Source: Veleropilina oligotropha (lineage: Eukaryota). From it: a stretch of 64,000 nucleotides of DNA. Shown here piece by piece: positions 13,651 to 26,735 of this stretch. Each line of letters starts with the position of its first letter. The stretch's first letter is position 1. Position numbers and translations under genes: made by a program. The stretch covers positions 62,001 to 126,000 of the forward strand of contig JBEUKZ010000029.1 in assembly GCA_048128005.1 (NCBI GenBank), given 5' to 3'. Below the pieces are notes generated by a model, which was given only the letters and a program-made list of their open reading frames with translations, ran no database searches and was not told the DNA's origin.

Positions 13651-16600
13651 GAATGTGAAGAGGAGCAACTTTCTCTCTTTTTGTGGAACATACAAAATGT
13701 TAAGTCTAAGTTAAGTGATAAATCATTTTTAGAAATTGTAACTAAGCATTCTATCATTTTACTAACTGAAACATGGCTTCGAGTGCATGACACTGTAAAT
13801 ATTCCTGGGTATAAGCATGTGCCTGTTATTAGACCTAATAAGAGGAGTAAACGAGGTCACGGAGGTGTATCTGTTCTATTCAAAGAAAACATTGTACATG
13901 GAATTGAAATTCTAGCAACTGAAAGTGCTGGCCTAATTTGGCTTAAATTGTCAAAATTGTATTTTGGATTTGAAAATGATATATTTTTAGGATTAATATA
14001 TATACCTCCTGAAAACTCTGTTATACATAATGATCTGGAAACCGATTTCTTTACTTTATTAAATAATTATGCAAGCAAATATTCATTATTGGGAGACATT
14101 ATAATAAGCGGAGACTTCAACAGTCGTACAGCAAGTCTTTCAGATACTTTAATTGATAATAACATTCCGCGGTTTTGCAAAGAAGCTGATTCAGAGGTTC
14201 TCTCTTCAGATATCTTAAGTTTTGACAGAATTTCTTCAGATACACATTATAATGCATTTGGCATGAAACTTCTAGACTTTTGTAAATCATCAGGCTTATG
14301 CATTGTAAATGGAAGAATAGACAAAGATAATCCTGGAAAGTTTACCTGTTGTACCAATAAAGGCGTAAGTGTTGTCGATTATTATTTAATGTCTCCCAAT
14401 CTTTTTCAAATAATTACTGAATTCGAAGTACATGATTTTACTGTGCACTCTGATCACGCGTCATTGTGTGTTAAACTGAAATGCGATATTGATAATAATT
14501 TAGAAAATAGATCCGAGACTAGGGCAACTAAAGTTATTCGGTGGTCTGATGACAAAACTTTAGCCGAAGCATATTCAGACCAGCTAAACCGATGTTCTGA
14601 TCAATTTCAATCAATTGTTAATACAATTGAAGCAACTACGGCAACAAATAACAATACACATATCGTTGAGAATGAAATTGATCGTATGACTTCCCTCATA
14701 TATGATTGTGCATTTAAAATATATGGTAAAAATATTTCTTTGCCTGAAAGACCTAAAATACCTAAATCGCCCTGGTTCGATGACGATTGCAAACTGTCTA
14801 AGAAATTATTTAATGAAGCTCGAAATGCTTATAATAGAAATAAGACAAACGAAAATAGAGATAAACTTGTTGGTGCAAGGACAACATATAGAAAATATAG
14901 GAATATTGCCATCAGTAAATATAAAACTAAAGAGAAATCTGATTTATTATTTAACGCACAATACTGTCACAATAAATTTTGGGCCAACATTAAACGCAAA
15001 AAGAAGACAAAAACCACGTTGTCGCAAAGGGATTTTTATAATCATTTTAAGGATTTACTTGAAAAGGATTGCGTCTTTAGTGACCCGGATGTAGACGACT
15101 TTGTTAAAACATGTGATGTTGATGGTAGAAGACATGAAGATGAAAATGCGCATTTGTTGAGTGTAGATATTGCATCTGAAGAAGTAGTCAATGCCTTAAA
15201 CAAGCTGAAAAATAACAAAAGTGGAGGTATGGATGATCTGATAAGCGAAATGTTCGTTAAAGATAAGCAATTTTTCGGCCCATTACTTGCAAGGATATTT
15301 TGTTATCTGTTTAAGAATGGTATATATCCTGAAAGTTGGGCAAAGGGTGCAATTGTCCCTATTCCGAAGAAAGGTAATTTAAACAACGTTAGCAATTATA
15401 GAGGGATAACTCTCAATAGCGTGCTAAGTAAAATATTATCAACTGTTTTAAACCATAGACTGTATAGTTGGGCAGAGAGGGAAGGCAAACTATGCGAAGA
15501 ACAATTTGGCTTTAGGAAAAATAAATCAACAATTGACTCTATGTATATTCTGAAATCAGTCATCAATGAAGCTTTAAACAGCAAGAAGAAATTGTATGCA
15601 GCATTCATAGATTTCAAAAAGGCATTTGATCTTGTGTATCGAAATGGAATCTGGTTCAAACTTATTCTAGAGGGTGTAGATAACAAATTTGTACAATATA
15701 TCCAAAGTATGTATCGCTCTGTTAAAAGTTGTGTTAAACATGATAAAATTTATAGTGATTTCTTCCGTTGCACAACTGGTGTGAAGCAGGGAGAACCTTT
15801 ATCACCACTTTTATTTCTTTTCTTTATTAACGATCTTTCTACATGCCTATCGGTTGGAGGTTTAGACGACCTGTGCTCTTTATTTTTCGCCGACGATACA
15901 GTTTTATTTGCCAATACTCCAGAAAAACTCCAAGAACTCATAGATTCACTTTGTCTTTATTGCAAAACATGGGGCATTGAAGTAAATATCGACAAAACAA
16001 ATATATTAATTTTTCACAAAGGACGTCTCGGCAAACAGCGTCAATTTTTTTATGACCAAACGCCTTTGTCTGTTGTCGATTCCTATCCTTATCTTGGCGT
16101 CGTATTTGCTTCAAATGGCAAATTCAGACAAGCTCAAAAGTGCTTATCTTCACAAGCTTCCCGTGCTTTATTCAATTTAAACGTTTTATTTACGCAATAC
16201 TCTTTTGCAACAAGCTTAAAATTTAAGCTATTCGATTTAATGGTGAAACCAATATTACTATACGGGGTTGAATTATGGGGTTTTGAAAATATTACTGATA
16301 TAGAAAGAGTACATCTGAAATTCTGTAAAAACGTTTTAGGATTAAAACCGTCCACGAATGATTGTGCAGTATATGGTGAACTAGGACGAATACCCATGAA
16401 AATTGATGGATATCGAAGAATATTAAAATATTGGATTAATGTTCTAAAACATAAAACAGGCTTGGTATATAAGACATATTTCAAAGAGAGAGAAAAATTT
16501 GACAAATTGAATAATAACTGGGCATCATCAGTTAAACAGCTACTTCACAATATTGGGTTGGCATACGTATGGAATAATCAAGACCAGGATAATTTTGTTA

Positions 16601-17061
16601 TTCCAGAAATGCTAATTATGCAAAGATTAAAAGACCAATTCATTCAAACATGGTCTAACGATGTAAACACCAGCCCGAAACTCGATAAATATAGACTTTA
16701 TAAAAAAGAATTAATATTTGAATCATATTTGGATTTTTGTTTAGAGAAGTATAGACCATCAATGTGCAAGTTCAGGTGTTGCGCACTTGATCTTGAAATA
16801 GAAAGAGGAAGGTACAGCAAAATCCCCAGAAACGAACGTTTATGTAAAATTTGCAACATGGGTGTCATTGAAGACCAGTATCATTTTATTTTGGTATGTC
16901 CAAAATATACTGGTATTCGTAAACAATATTTAGTAAAGTACTATAATCATTGGCCAACTATCCAAAAGTTTATATCACTAATGACATCTGCAAATGAATT
17001 AACAATCAAGAAAATAAGCAAATATGTCTACGAAGCATTAAAGATAAGAAATATGAATTGA
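13651..17061 (+). CDS. LINE ORF2: APE endonuclease + reverse transcriptase + C-terminal CCHC zinc finger
   Basis: WNIQN, LTETWL, GDFNSRT, VVDY and SDH (APE); NYRGIT, QFGFR, FIDFKKAFD, GVKQGEPLSP and FADD (RT); CKIC...HFILVC; uninterrupted frame. Confidence 0.95.
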   Translation, partial: ECEEEQLSLFLWNIQNVKSKLSDKSFLEIVTKHSIILLTETWLRVHDTVNIPGYKHVPVIRPNKRSKRGHGGVSVLFKENIVHGIEILATESAGLIWLKLSKLYFGFENDIFLGLIYIPPENSVIHNDLETDFFTLLNNYASKYSLLGDIIISGDFNSRTASLSDTLIDNNIPRFCKEADSEVLSSDILSFDRISSDTHYNAFGMKLLDFCKSSGLCIVNGRIDKDNPGKFTCCTNKGVSVVDYYLMSPNLFQIITEFEVHDFTVHSDHASLCVKLKCDIDNNLENRSETRATKVIRWSDDKTLAEAYSDQLNRCSDQFQSIVNTIEATTATNNNTHIVENEIDRMTSLIYDCAFKIYGKNISLPERPKIPKSPWFDDDCKLSKKLFNEARNAYNRNKTNENRDKLVGARTTYRKYRNIAISKYKTKEKSDLLFNAQYCHNKFWANIKRKKKTKTTLSQRDFYNHFKDLLEKDCVFSDPDVDDFVKTCDVDGRRHEDENAHLLSVDIASEEVVNALNKLKNNKSGGMDDLISEMFVKDKQFFGPLLARIFCYLFKNGIYPESWAKGAIVPIPKKGNLNNVSNYRGITLNSVLSKILSTVLNHRLYSWAEREGKLCEEQFGFRKNKSTIDSMYILKSVINEALNSKKKLYAAFIDFKKAFDLVYRNGIWFKLILEGVDNKFVQYIQSMYRSVKSCVKHDKIYSDFFRCTTGVKQGEPLSPLLFLFFINDLSTCLSVGGLDDLCSLFFADDTVLFANTPEKLQELIDSLCLYCKTWGIEVNIDKTNILIFHKGRLGKQRQFFYDQTPLSVVDSYPYLGVVFASNGKFRQAQKCLSSQASRALFNLNVLFTQYSFATSLKFKLFDLMVKPILLYGVELWGFENITDIERVHLKFCKNVLGLKPSTNDCAVYGELGRIPMKIDGYRRILKYWINVLKHKTGLVYKTYFKEREKFDKLNNNWASSVKQLLHNIGLAYVWNNQDQDNFVIPEMLIMQRLKDQFIQTWSNDVNTSPKLDKYRLYKKELIFESYLDFCLEKYRPSMCKFRCCALDLEIERGRYSKIPRNERLCKICNMGVIEDQYHFILVCPKYTGIRKQYLVKYYNHWPTIQKFISLMTSANELTIKKISKYVYEALKIRNMN

Positions 17062-18682
17062 TTTATTAATATTTCTGATTTACTAGTATTTATTTTAGGT
17101 CTTGCATTTTCAATGGAATTGCATATGTTATATGGATAATTGATTCAAAGAAACCAATTTCATATAGAACTACGTTTTGATTTATGTATATTTCTGATTT
17201 TATACTATTTAAGTCTTAAATTTCTTATGTTGTATAAATATCTTAAATTTATTAATAGAATTAGATAGGATAAAGGTAAAATTGTTTAAAGTTACCGATT
17301 TCAATTAGGAATATGATATATGCACATTTATAATTTAAGAATATTTATATTTCTGATATTGTTTATATATGTATAATTGATTCAAAGTTAACTTTTTGTA
17401 TACATACTTAAGCTCCTTACTACATATTTCACTGTATAAACCTGTATTATAACCTATCTGCTACAAACATGAATTGGCTAGGAACCATTGTGTTCAATGC
17501 CTTAATAAACAACTTCTCAACTGTGTTCCTTGTACGAATCTGTGTTGCGCTATATCTACGCTGTGGTGGTGTCTGAGGATTAGCATTAGGCGTCATCAAG
17601 TATGGGCGGCATGCATAACAGCATATCCTAGAAGGATTCCACTAATATGACCATCTTCAAATTCGGCGCACAAACGACTGTTATCAAATATTCAGGAGCC
17701 ATGCACTCTCCCGGCCATCTAGCTACAATGTTGCATTTCCAATGTAGATCCACCCAATGCCTGTACATTTATGGAAAAGAAACCTTTTCGATTCCGAAGT
17801 AACTCTCCAATGGAACCACCAGGACTTGTTCGCAATCCATTGTGCCTACAGTAGTACTACACCTGGAATTCCACCAAGTCTCTAAAACTGTTGCTTCGGA
17901 GCATTCCATTTCAAATGATCCTGTGGCATAAAATCTCAATGTAACCACAAGTTGTATATCTCAAAATATGGGCTTACCACGGTCATTGTGTGGCTCCAAA
18001 TCTGATAGCAAAAGTCCCAAAATTTCTTGAAAGGTCTCTTTGGTTAACCTATATCGCTGCCGAAACTCTTCGACATCGTACTGATTGTAATCTAAATTAT
18101 TCACTCTAATATTATCATATTATTGACTTTCTATATTTGCAACATTTTCCATTCTATTTATCCATCTTAATGCAATGATTGTTGCGTGGACAATGACGTG
18201 AGTGAAGCTCGAGGCAGGAGCACCCGTTCCTCAAGCTATCCTCAAAATTATCTCCTCGCGTGAGGTTGAGGAAGGTTTATGAATTGTAAACATGGTGAAG
18301 TCGACCTCTTCCTCAGTAAGGTTCACCTTACACTCATTGAGTGTAAGGTCAACCTTACTGAGGAAGAGGTCGACATTAATGAGTGTGAGTCGAGGAAGGT
18401 TTCTGAATACGGGCGTAAGAGTCGTAAGAAATTTAGAAGTTTGAACATAGAAAACATAAAAAATATTTAAAAAATTTGACCAGTAAACATTTGAATTATC
18501 CTATTATCGTGTAGTATATATATATAATATATACTGTATATATGGTTCATAATATTATACATATAACGGGCACCTGGTAAAACGAGCGTTCTAGTCAGGT
18601 AGAACTTCAAGATAAGCGTAAAGTAGCTATAAGGCACGAATGCAATTGTATTGTTTCAAATGGTAGATAGACGTATATATAT

Positions 18683-20333
18683 GAACAAGAACGATCGACG
18701 CGTTCGAAATTATATGTCTTGCCCTTTTTCACAGTTGAGTGTCATGCAAACAGTATTTAAATGCACACCGCTTATTGTAAAGCCCCTGAACGACGACAAC
18801 GTGTGTGTGCTTCCCAGGAGAGGTTTTTTTTAGTTTTTTTCCAGTAACAATTTTTGTACAAAAAATATCTGACACACATTTCTGACCACAAACCTGTGTA
18901 TATCGTTTTAAAGTAATGGAAGTTGCGAATAACTGTAAGTTTAAGTGAGATATTCATGTGAAACATGTAAATAAATTGAATATTATTGTGTGTATTATAT
19001 ATACAGGGTCATGTTATAACAGTTATATACCGTTACAATGGCTATATAAGTGCAAGCTTTCATGGCTTAATTTACTACCCCGTCGATTGTGACGTCACCA
19101 AATGACGATTAATCTAAAGCGACGTAGTAATGACGTCATTGCTCTTTGCTTGCAATATTTGACATACGATATACAAATATATGCATAAAAGTGCCTAATA
19201 AATGCATATTTTTGCAAAATTATGTCGCGAAAGATATACACGACCTACAAATAATCTTGGGAATGTGTGTACCAATTTTCAGGGTAATTGGTTCAGTAGT
19301 TTTCGAGAAAATCAGCGGATATATATATCTATACTATAATCGTGGCGAGTTTGTCTGTGTGTTCCCTATTGGCTCCCAAATGGCTGGACTGATCTCCACC
19401 AAATTTTGCATGCAATCCACGGGTACCAAGGCGGTGGTTATGGCGCTTTCACATTTCTTTTTTTTGGGGGGCGGGGGTGGTTTTTTGGGGGGTGGGTAAT
19501 TTTCATAACCCTTATAACGTTACAAGACTTTTCGACCCCGTCGATTCTGACGTCATCCAATGACGATTATTCAAAAACGTCATCGTAATGACGTCATTCC
19601 ACAACGGAACCATCAATGCGACGTCGAGTCTGTGCACTTCACCTGTTGTTGACAGTCGGTTGCCATCGTCACCTGTGTCGCAATTAGCACTCAGTGGACA
19701 TCTTTCGTGGAATCTTAGAGGCGTTCAAGATTATCGTCAGAAGGTAAGTATAGGTCTGTGTTATTTACGCAAAGAGTGATCAGTGATACAAGGAAAGACT
19801 TGGGAATTCCGTTTTGTTTTACCGTTAATGTTTATTACATTAGTATCGGATGCACTGCTGTCATATAATCTACAGTGTGATTCATACTATAATCGTGGAG
19901 AGTTTGTCTGTGTGTTCCCTATAGGCTCCCAAATGGCTGGACTGATCTCCACCAAATTTTGCATGCAATCCACGGGTACCAAGGCGGTGGTTATGGCGCT
20001 TTCACATTTCTTTTTTGGGGGGGGCGGGGGTGGTTTTTTGGGGGGGGGTAATTTTCATAACACTTATAACGTTACAAGACTTTTTCTTGATCTCTTTCAT
20101 CTCTCATTGTCACTAAATCAGAAACCCTCGCATTGAACTTACCGTGTCAGAAAAGTCCATTATAATATATTCGTAAATTCACTTGCAAATTTTATTGGAT
20201 GGTTATTGATGAGGTGGGGAGACTCACCCGTCGAAGACGGGTACCCTGGCTAGTATATATATATATGTATATACACACGGACCATTTGATAATGTCTTGT
20301 CCTTTTTTTGTCAAAAAGGTCAAGACATAAAAA
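18683..20333 (-). mobile_element. Helentron/HINE (DINE-1-like) non-autonomous element, interrupted
   Basis: Inverted copy of the family at 59884-60325 (subTIR TATGTCTTGACC / GGTCAAGACATA, TA microsatellite, 3' hairpin); contains a nested Helitron. Confidence 0.7.
19328..20253 (+). mobile_element. Non-autonomous Helitron
   Basis: 5'-TC start, 3' hairpin ACCCGTC-GAA-GACGGGT followed by CTAG, inserted between A and T of a TA run; internal ~200-bp duplication (near 19331 and 19883). Confidence 0.85.
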
Positions 20334-20734
20334 TCAGACGGGTACGTATACGTGCCACACTGGCACTGTTGAGCAAGTTTTTTATAAGCGTTATTACCCC
20401 CCCCCCCCCCCCCACACACACACCACTCGTAAGTTTTGTGATTAGGTCACACCATTAAATAAGCGCATATGTATCATGTGTGGTGTCATATGATAGATAA
20501 TTAAATGCGCATCGTGAAAATAATGTTAGTACCGTACATAATTATTTTAATGTAGTTAGAATATTAAATTAAATGACGTAATTGTCCAGGCTCATTTTCT
20601 TACATGAATATGTCAAAATAGTATACATTATACAGTTATGGACTTTTGCGGTGATGAATATGATGTCAATATAAGTTTTTTAGATTCATATCACATCATA
20701 TTTACCACCGCAAAAGTACATATCTGTTCTCTAA

Positions 20735-23700
20735 CACCCGTATTCAGAAACCTTCATCGACTCACACTCATTAAGGTCGACCTCTTCCTCAGTAAGGTTG
20801 ACCTTACACTCAATGAGTGTAAGGTCAACCTTACTGAGGAAGAGGTCGACTTCACCCTGTTTACAATTCATAAACCTTCCTCAACCTCACACGAGGAGAT
20901 AATTTTGAGGAAAGCTTGAGGAACGGGTGCTCCTGCCTCGAGCTTCACTCACGTCATTGTCCACGCAGCAATCATTGCATTAAGTTGGATAAATAAAATG
21001 GAAAATGTTGCAAATATAGAAAGTCAATAATATGATAATATTAGAGTGAATAATTTAGATTACAATCAGTACGATGTCGAAGAGTTTAGGCAGCGATATA
21101 GGTTAACCAAAGAGACCTTTCAAGAAATTTTGGGACTTTTGCTATCAGATTTGGAGCCACACAATGACCGTGGTAAGCCCATATTTTGAGATATACAACT
21201 TTTGGTTACATTGAGATTTTATGCCACAGGATCATTTGAAATGGAATGCTCCGAAGCAACAGTTTTAGAGACTTGGTGGAATTATAGGTGTAGTAATACT
21301 GTAGGCACAATGGATTGCGAACAAGTCCTTGTGGTTCCATTGCAGAGTTACTTCGGAATCGAAAAGGTTTCTTTTCCATAAATGTACAGGCATTGGGTGG
21401 ATCTACATTGGAAATGCAACATTGTAGCTAGATGGCCCGGAAGAGTGCATGGCTCCCGAATATTTGATAACAGTCATTTGTGCGCCGAATGTGAGGATGG
21501 TCGTATTAGTGGAATCCTAGGATATGCTGTTATGCATGCCGCCCATACTTGATGACGGCTAAGGCTAATCCTCAGACACCACCACAGCGAAGATATAGCG
21601 CAACACAAATTCGTACAAGGAACACAGTGAAACGGATGATTGGCGTGTGGAAGAAAATGTTCCCTTGCTTAAGCATGGGCTTCCGAACGAAGCTGGACAC
21701 GACACTCATCTTCATTGTAGCCACAGCAATTCATCAGGGCACGCCATGATCCACTAGATGATGAAGTCGAAGATGAAGAGGATCCAGTTGACGTAACCGA
21801 TGTACAGCAGCAGATTTGTAGATAAGGACATGCATTCAGAGACATTCATACAATAATACTTCACATACGGTATCCACTATTTTATATCAAAGGCATAACA
21901 AATTTATATTCCATCATTGTTGCGACATTTTTATATTACATTATATTAAGACAAATATTACAATATTCAGAAAGTTCAACAATGCATATCTATCGAAGCC
22001 CCTAAAAATGCGAATTTGCACTATTGAATTTATCAGTTAAAACATTTCACATATCGGTTTTCTATTTATTACATTGAAAATCGTTTTTCTTACAATCCAA
22101 AATGTCCTTATATTGATCGACTAATTCGGTCAAAACAGATTTTTCTAATTCCAAAAAGTATTGCCTGCTCGCCATGACACAAACCTGTAGCTCTACGAAC
22201 ACATTGCGAACTACCGTTATACACAACAAGCACGGATCAACATGAACAATAATTGCTCTCAATTATGCGACACAAAACGAGGTTGACCTTGGTAGAGTCA
22301 AACTGGAGTAACGTCTGTGAATAACAAATGCACAACTATCACCCGTATTCAGAAACCTTCCTCGACTCACACTCATGAAGGTTGACCTCATCCTCAGTAA
22401 GGTTGACCTTATACTCAATGAGTGTAAGGTAAACCTTACTGAGGGAGCGGTCGACTTCACGGTGTTTACAATTCATAAACCTTCCTCAACCTCACGCGAG
22501 GAGATAATTTTGAGGAAAGCTTGAGGAACGGGTGCTCCTGCCTCGAGCTTCATTCACGTCATTGTCCACGCAACAATCATCGCATTAAGATGGATAAATA
22601 GAATGGAAAATGTTGCAAATATAGAAATACAAGAATATGATAATATTAGAGTGAATAATCCTGATTACAATCAGTACGATGTCGAGGAGTTTCGGCAGCG
22701 ATATATAGGTTAACCAGATACCTTTCATGAAATTTGGGGACTTTTGTTATCAGATTTGGAGCAACACAATGACCGTGGTAAGCCCATATTTTGAGATATA
22801 CAATATTTGGTTACATTGAGATTTTATGCCACAGGATCATTACAACTGGAATGTTCCGATATATATATAAGCAACAGTTTTGAAGACTTGGTGGAATTCC
22901 CGGCGTAGTGGGGACAATGGATTGCGCACATGTTCTGTTGGTTCCAATGCATAGTTATTTTGGAATCGAAACGGTTTATTTTCCATAAATGTACAGACAA
23001 TGTGTGGATCGACATTAGAAATGCAACATTGTAGCTAGATGTCCCGAAAGATTTGCATGACTCCCGAATATTCGATAACAGTCGCTTATGCGCCGAATTT
23101 GAGGATGGTCGTATTAGTGGAATCCTTCCAGGAAATGCTGTTTTGCATTCCGCCCATACTGGATGACGCCTGTCGCTAATCCACATACATATCCACAGCG
23201 AAGATATAGCGCAGCACAGATTCGTACAAGGAACACAGTGAAACGGATGATTGGCGTGTTGAAGAGAATGTTCCCTTGTTTAAGCATGGGCCTTCGAACG
23301 AAGCTTTACACAACACTCACCATAATTATTATAGCCACAGCCGTGTTGTACAATTTCATCGGGACACGCCATGATCTACTATAGATGATGAAGTCGAAGA
23401 TGACGAGGACCAGGTTGAATTAACCGATGATCAGCAGCAGATTGGTGGATAAGAACATGCATTCAGAGACACTCATACAACAACACTTCACATACGGTAT
23501 CCACTATTATATATCAAAGGCCTAACACATTTATTGTCCATCATTGTAGCGACATTTTTATATTACATTATATTAAAACGAATATTACAATATTTCGGGA
23601 GTTCAATAATGCATATCTATTGAAGTCCCTAAAAATGCGTACTTGCACTATTGAATTTATCAGTTAAAACATTTCAAATATCGGTTTTCTTTTTATTACA

Positions 23701-24217
23701 TTGGAAATCGTTTTTCTTACTTTCCCAAATGTCCTTATATTGATCGACTAATTCGGTCAAAACAGATTTTTCTAATTCAAAAAGTATTGTCTGCTCGCCA
23801 TGACAAACCCATAGCTCTACGAGCATCTTTCGAGCTCCCGTTATGCGCAACAAGCACGGATCAACATGAACAATAATTTGCTCTCAATTATGCGATACAA
23901 AGCGAGGTTGACCTTGGTCGAGTCAAACTGGAGTAACGTCTGTGAATAACAAATGCACAAATATAGCTGAGTGTGAGGAAGACCTTATTGAGGGTGAGGT
24001 CGACCTTTCTCTCACCCTCCAACCCTCCTTCAATCAACCTCATTGGAGTGTGAGTTGAGGTTGAGTTTGAGTGAGCTTTCTGAATACAGGCGTATAGCTG
24101 AGTGTGAGGAAGACCTTATTGAGGGCGAGGTCGACCTTTCTCTCACCCTCCAACCCTCCTTCAGTCAACCTCATTGGAGTGCGAGTCGAGGTTGAGGGAG
24201 CTTTCTGAATACAGGCG
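20735..24217 (+). mobile_element. PIF/Harbinger derivative, copy C (interrupted by copy D)
   Basis: TIRs with TAA TSD on both sides; frameshifted transposase; Myb-like remnant at 22062-22180 on minus. Confidence 0.9.
22340..24092 (+). mobile_element. PIF/Harbinger derivative, copy D (nested in C)
   Basis: TIRs with TAT TSD on both sides; near-identical inverted counterpart of copy A (same MTPVANPHTYPQRRYSAAQ peptide). Confidence 0.9.
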
Positions 24218-24668
24218 TAAATCTAATTGTCAATTAAAATTCCCATTATGTCGACAAGAAATATACCACACTAAACTATAGTTTGCAAAGTTCAAAATGC
24301 GATTTTCCAAAACAATTGGCAATTATTTCACAATAAAATAGTAATGAATGGCATATTAACATAAAAATAAACAATATCGCAGTATGTCCATGTGTTTAAT
24401 CATCAGAAAATGAAGCAAAAAGAACCGTAGTTTCAAATGTGTCAACAATTGTGGTCGTCTGCAATTGACCTCAGCTCGAGTCGCACGTGCTATTCGATGG
24501 AAATCGACATATAAAGGGGCGTACGTTCCGCAAACCATATTTGGAAAGTTCGTATTCACCAGTTTCTTTTAAATATTGACCAAAAAACTGGTCAATATGA
24601 TATTTATGGACTAGTCACGTGTATAGGATCCGGCCAATGAGAGTGCGTTTATTTATAAAGTATATAAT

Positions 24669-25734
24669 ATAGAGGGGATCTCACACGAGTGGTCATTTAA
24701 TATCATATTTATGAAACGAGTTAATTAACTAATTTTCATATTTTCCAAAGTTTCACCGAGGAAAATATGAAAATTAGATAACGAGTTCATAAATGTGATA
24801 TTAAATGACCACGAATGTGAGATTCTATTTATCATATATCTTAAATTTATAAAGAAACAAGCTGGACAACTTTGCTTTTAATTTTGTTGACGCGTTCTAA
24901 CATAATTATACGGCGTAGTAATGGAAGGTGATATTTGTGATTGTTGACGTCATGGAAATGTAGCAATGGGTGTGAAAAATAATCCCCGTTCTTACCGACT
25001 CTATATACTATAAAGAGCAACAAATGCTGTTATGAAAAGAACTAAAGTCGCGTTATCAATATTATACTAACCCAGCAAGCTCTATTCAAAGAACATTAAA
25101 TGCGCGGCACGCATGAAGCTTGTATGTCGAATTCGTTAACGTTGTGGACATTGAAACTATTTGTCGTCTGCTTCATGACGAAATTTTGTTAACTTACATT
25201 CTAAAACATCAGAATTAGGAATAATTTGTCGACTTTGTATATGTTAACAATTATAAAACACGATTTCAGAATAATTTTAAAAAAATTCAACGTTAATATG
25301 TTACTTTCCATGTAAAATGAGGTCGAACCGACTGAAATATGGCTGTTATAATTGCTGTGAATGAAATGTACACCAACATTCCGTGAAAGTAAATTGGCAA
25401 CTACTACATTGAATATTGCATGCTATGATAATAGGGAGTTAAACGATCTTACCTGGATATCTGCACCTAATAGTTTTACTAAATATTGATCGTTAGTTGC
25501 ACATACGAGTACTATTCCTGCAACACTGCAATAACCATGTTCATAGTAAAAATCGTAGCATTGAAACAAGTCCTCAATTACTCGCAATGACCTTTTGTGG
25601 CCCGTTCTACAATTGGCTGTTCGGTCCCATTGATTAAATTATCCAATCAAAATTACACAGAAAGCCATAAGTTACACGTGTGTTATCGTTTTTATTAACC
25701 ACTTTGTTGCTATGTAAAATGACCCGGATATATG

Positions 25735-25740
<6 letters not shown>
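24669..25740 (+). mobile_element. Palindromic non-autonomous element (terminal hairpin + short distal IR) ending at a (TA)n run
   Basis: Hairpin about 24678-24823; 14-bp IR ATTTATCATATATC / GATATATGATAAAT. Confidence 0.6.
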
Positions 25741-25771
<31 letters not shown>

Positions 25772-25806
25772 GCTCTATAACAAAACAAATCTAGATTGGC
25801 ATTTTG

Positions 25807-26135
25807 GGTGCTCTTTCGGTACTTCCCCAACATATCCGGCTTTTATACATATTTAAGGAGCTCCGGCTTGTATTCGTCTTAAATTTTCACATTCCGCGTA
25901 TTATCTGCCTTGTCAATTTCCAAATAAAATACGATGTTGCCCTGTATTATGGGCATTAGGGTTAGCTAGGTAAGCAGGGTTCGCTAATCGTTGAAAATAT
26001 AGAATTGAATATTGTTTTTATTCTTAATATGAATGAAAAAGTACTGGTAGCATTCGATGTAAAGGCGGAGATGAAAAACCGGATTTCCAAAGTTGAGTAA
26101 AAGCCGGAGCTGTGGGGAAGTACCGAAAAAGCGCC
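25807..26135. mobile_element. MITE-like element with ~40-bp imperfect TIRs
   Basis: GGTGCTCTTTCGGTACTTCCCC..TCCGGCTTTTA vs TAAAAGCCGGA..GGGGAAGTACCGAAAAAGCGCC. Confidence 0.55.
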
Positions 26136-26606
26136 GCATTTTGTAATTATATTAAACAAGTCAATGACTGAATACGCATCATGTGTGGTGTTATATATGA
26201 TGCGTAATTTAATGCACATCTTCAAGATATTATTTCACATATGTGTATAATATATTACGTAATTTACCACATCGCTTTTCATTTATATAATTATAGGTTA
26301 AAATAATATGTATAACAAAACATATCGAGTTTGGTATCAAATGAAATGTAATCATCAACAAGTCTATAATCGTTCATGTCAAGTAATTTCTTATTCAATT
26401 ATTTATATTATTTAATCGTAATCATTTATGGCTTGCAAATTGGCTTGTCGTCCTGCCAATCGACATCAATAATTTTGAGAAAAGTTTCCCAATCACGCTA
26501 TATAAGCGACAAAATATTAGTACATGTTTTAGCAATGATATATGTTAGATATCACTATTTCATTGTTACAAGATACCATCTTAGTAATATAGAAGGTAGT
26601 TTAATT

Positions 26607-26735
26607 ATAGGTTACATCACGAGGTTTGGTTATCTAATCGGAGAAGCCTGCTGTTAAACCAAGAGGCGATTAACTTGACGGGTTTCTCCGATTAGACAGC
26701 AAAAACCGAGTGATATAACCCACTTAAACCACCGC
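26607..26735 (+). repeat. Hairpin of a palindromic element (distal end not found)
   Basis: GGTTACATCACGAGGTTTG..TCTAATCGGAGAA / TTCTCCGATTAGA..AACCGAGTGATATAACC arms. Confidence 0.5.

Larger units (their letters stand above)
13333..17520 (+). mobile_element. 5'-truncated non-LTR retrotransposon (RTE-X-like)
   Basis: Inserted in Harbinger copy B with loss of a few target bases and no clear TSD; partial ORF1, full ORF2, AT-rich 3' UTR with AATAAA near 17503. Confidence 0.85.
12489..18415 (-). mobile_element. PIF/Harbinger derivative, copy B (split by a LINE)
   Basis: TIRs with TAA TSD on both sides; transposase remnant resumes at 17521 after the LINE. Confidence 0.9.

Noticed and set aside
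8050..23384. Host HARBI1 gene
   Set aside because: All matches are frameshifted fragments inside TIR/TSD-bounded repeats, not the domesticated gene.
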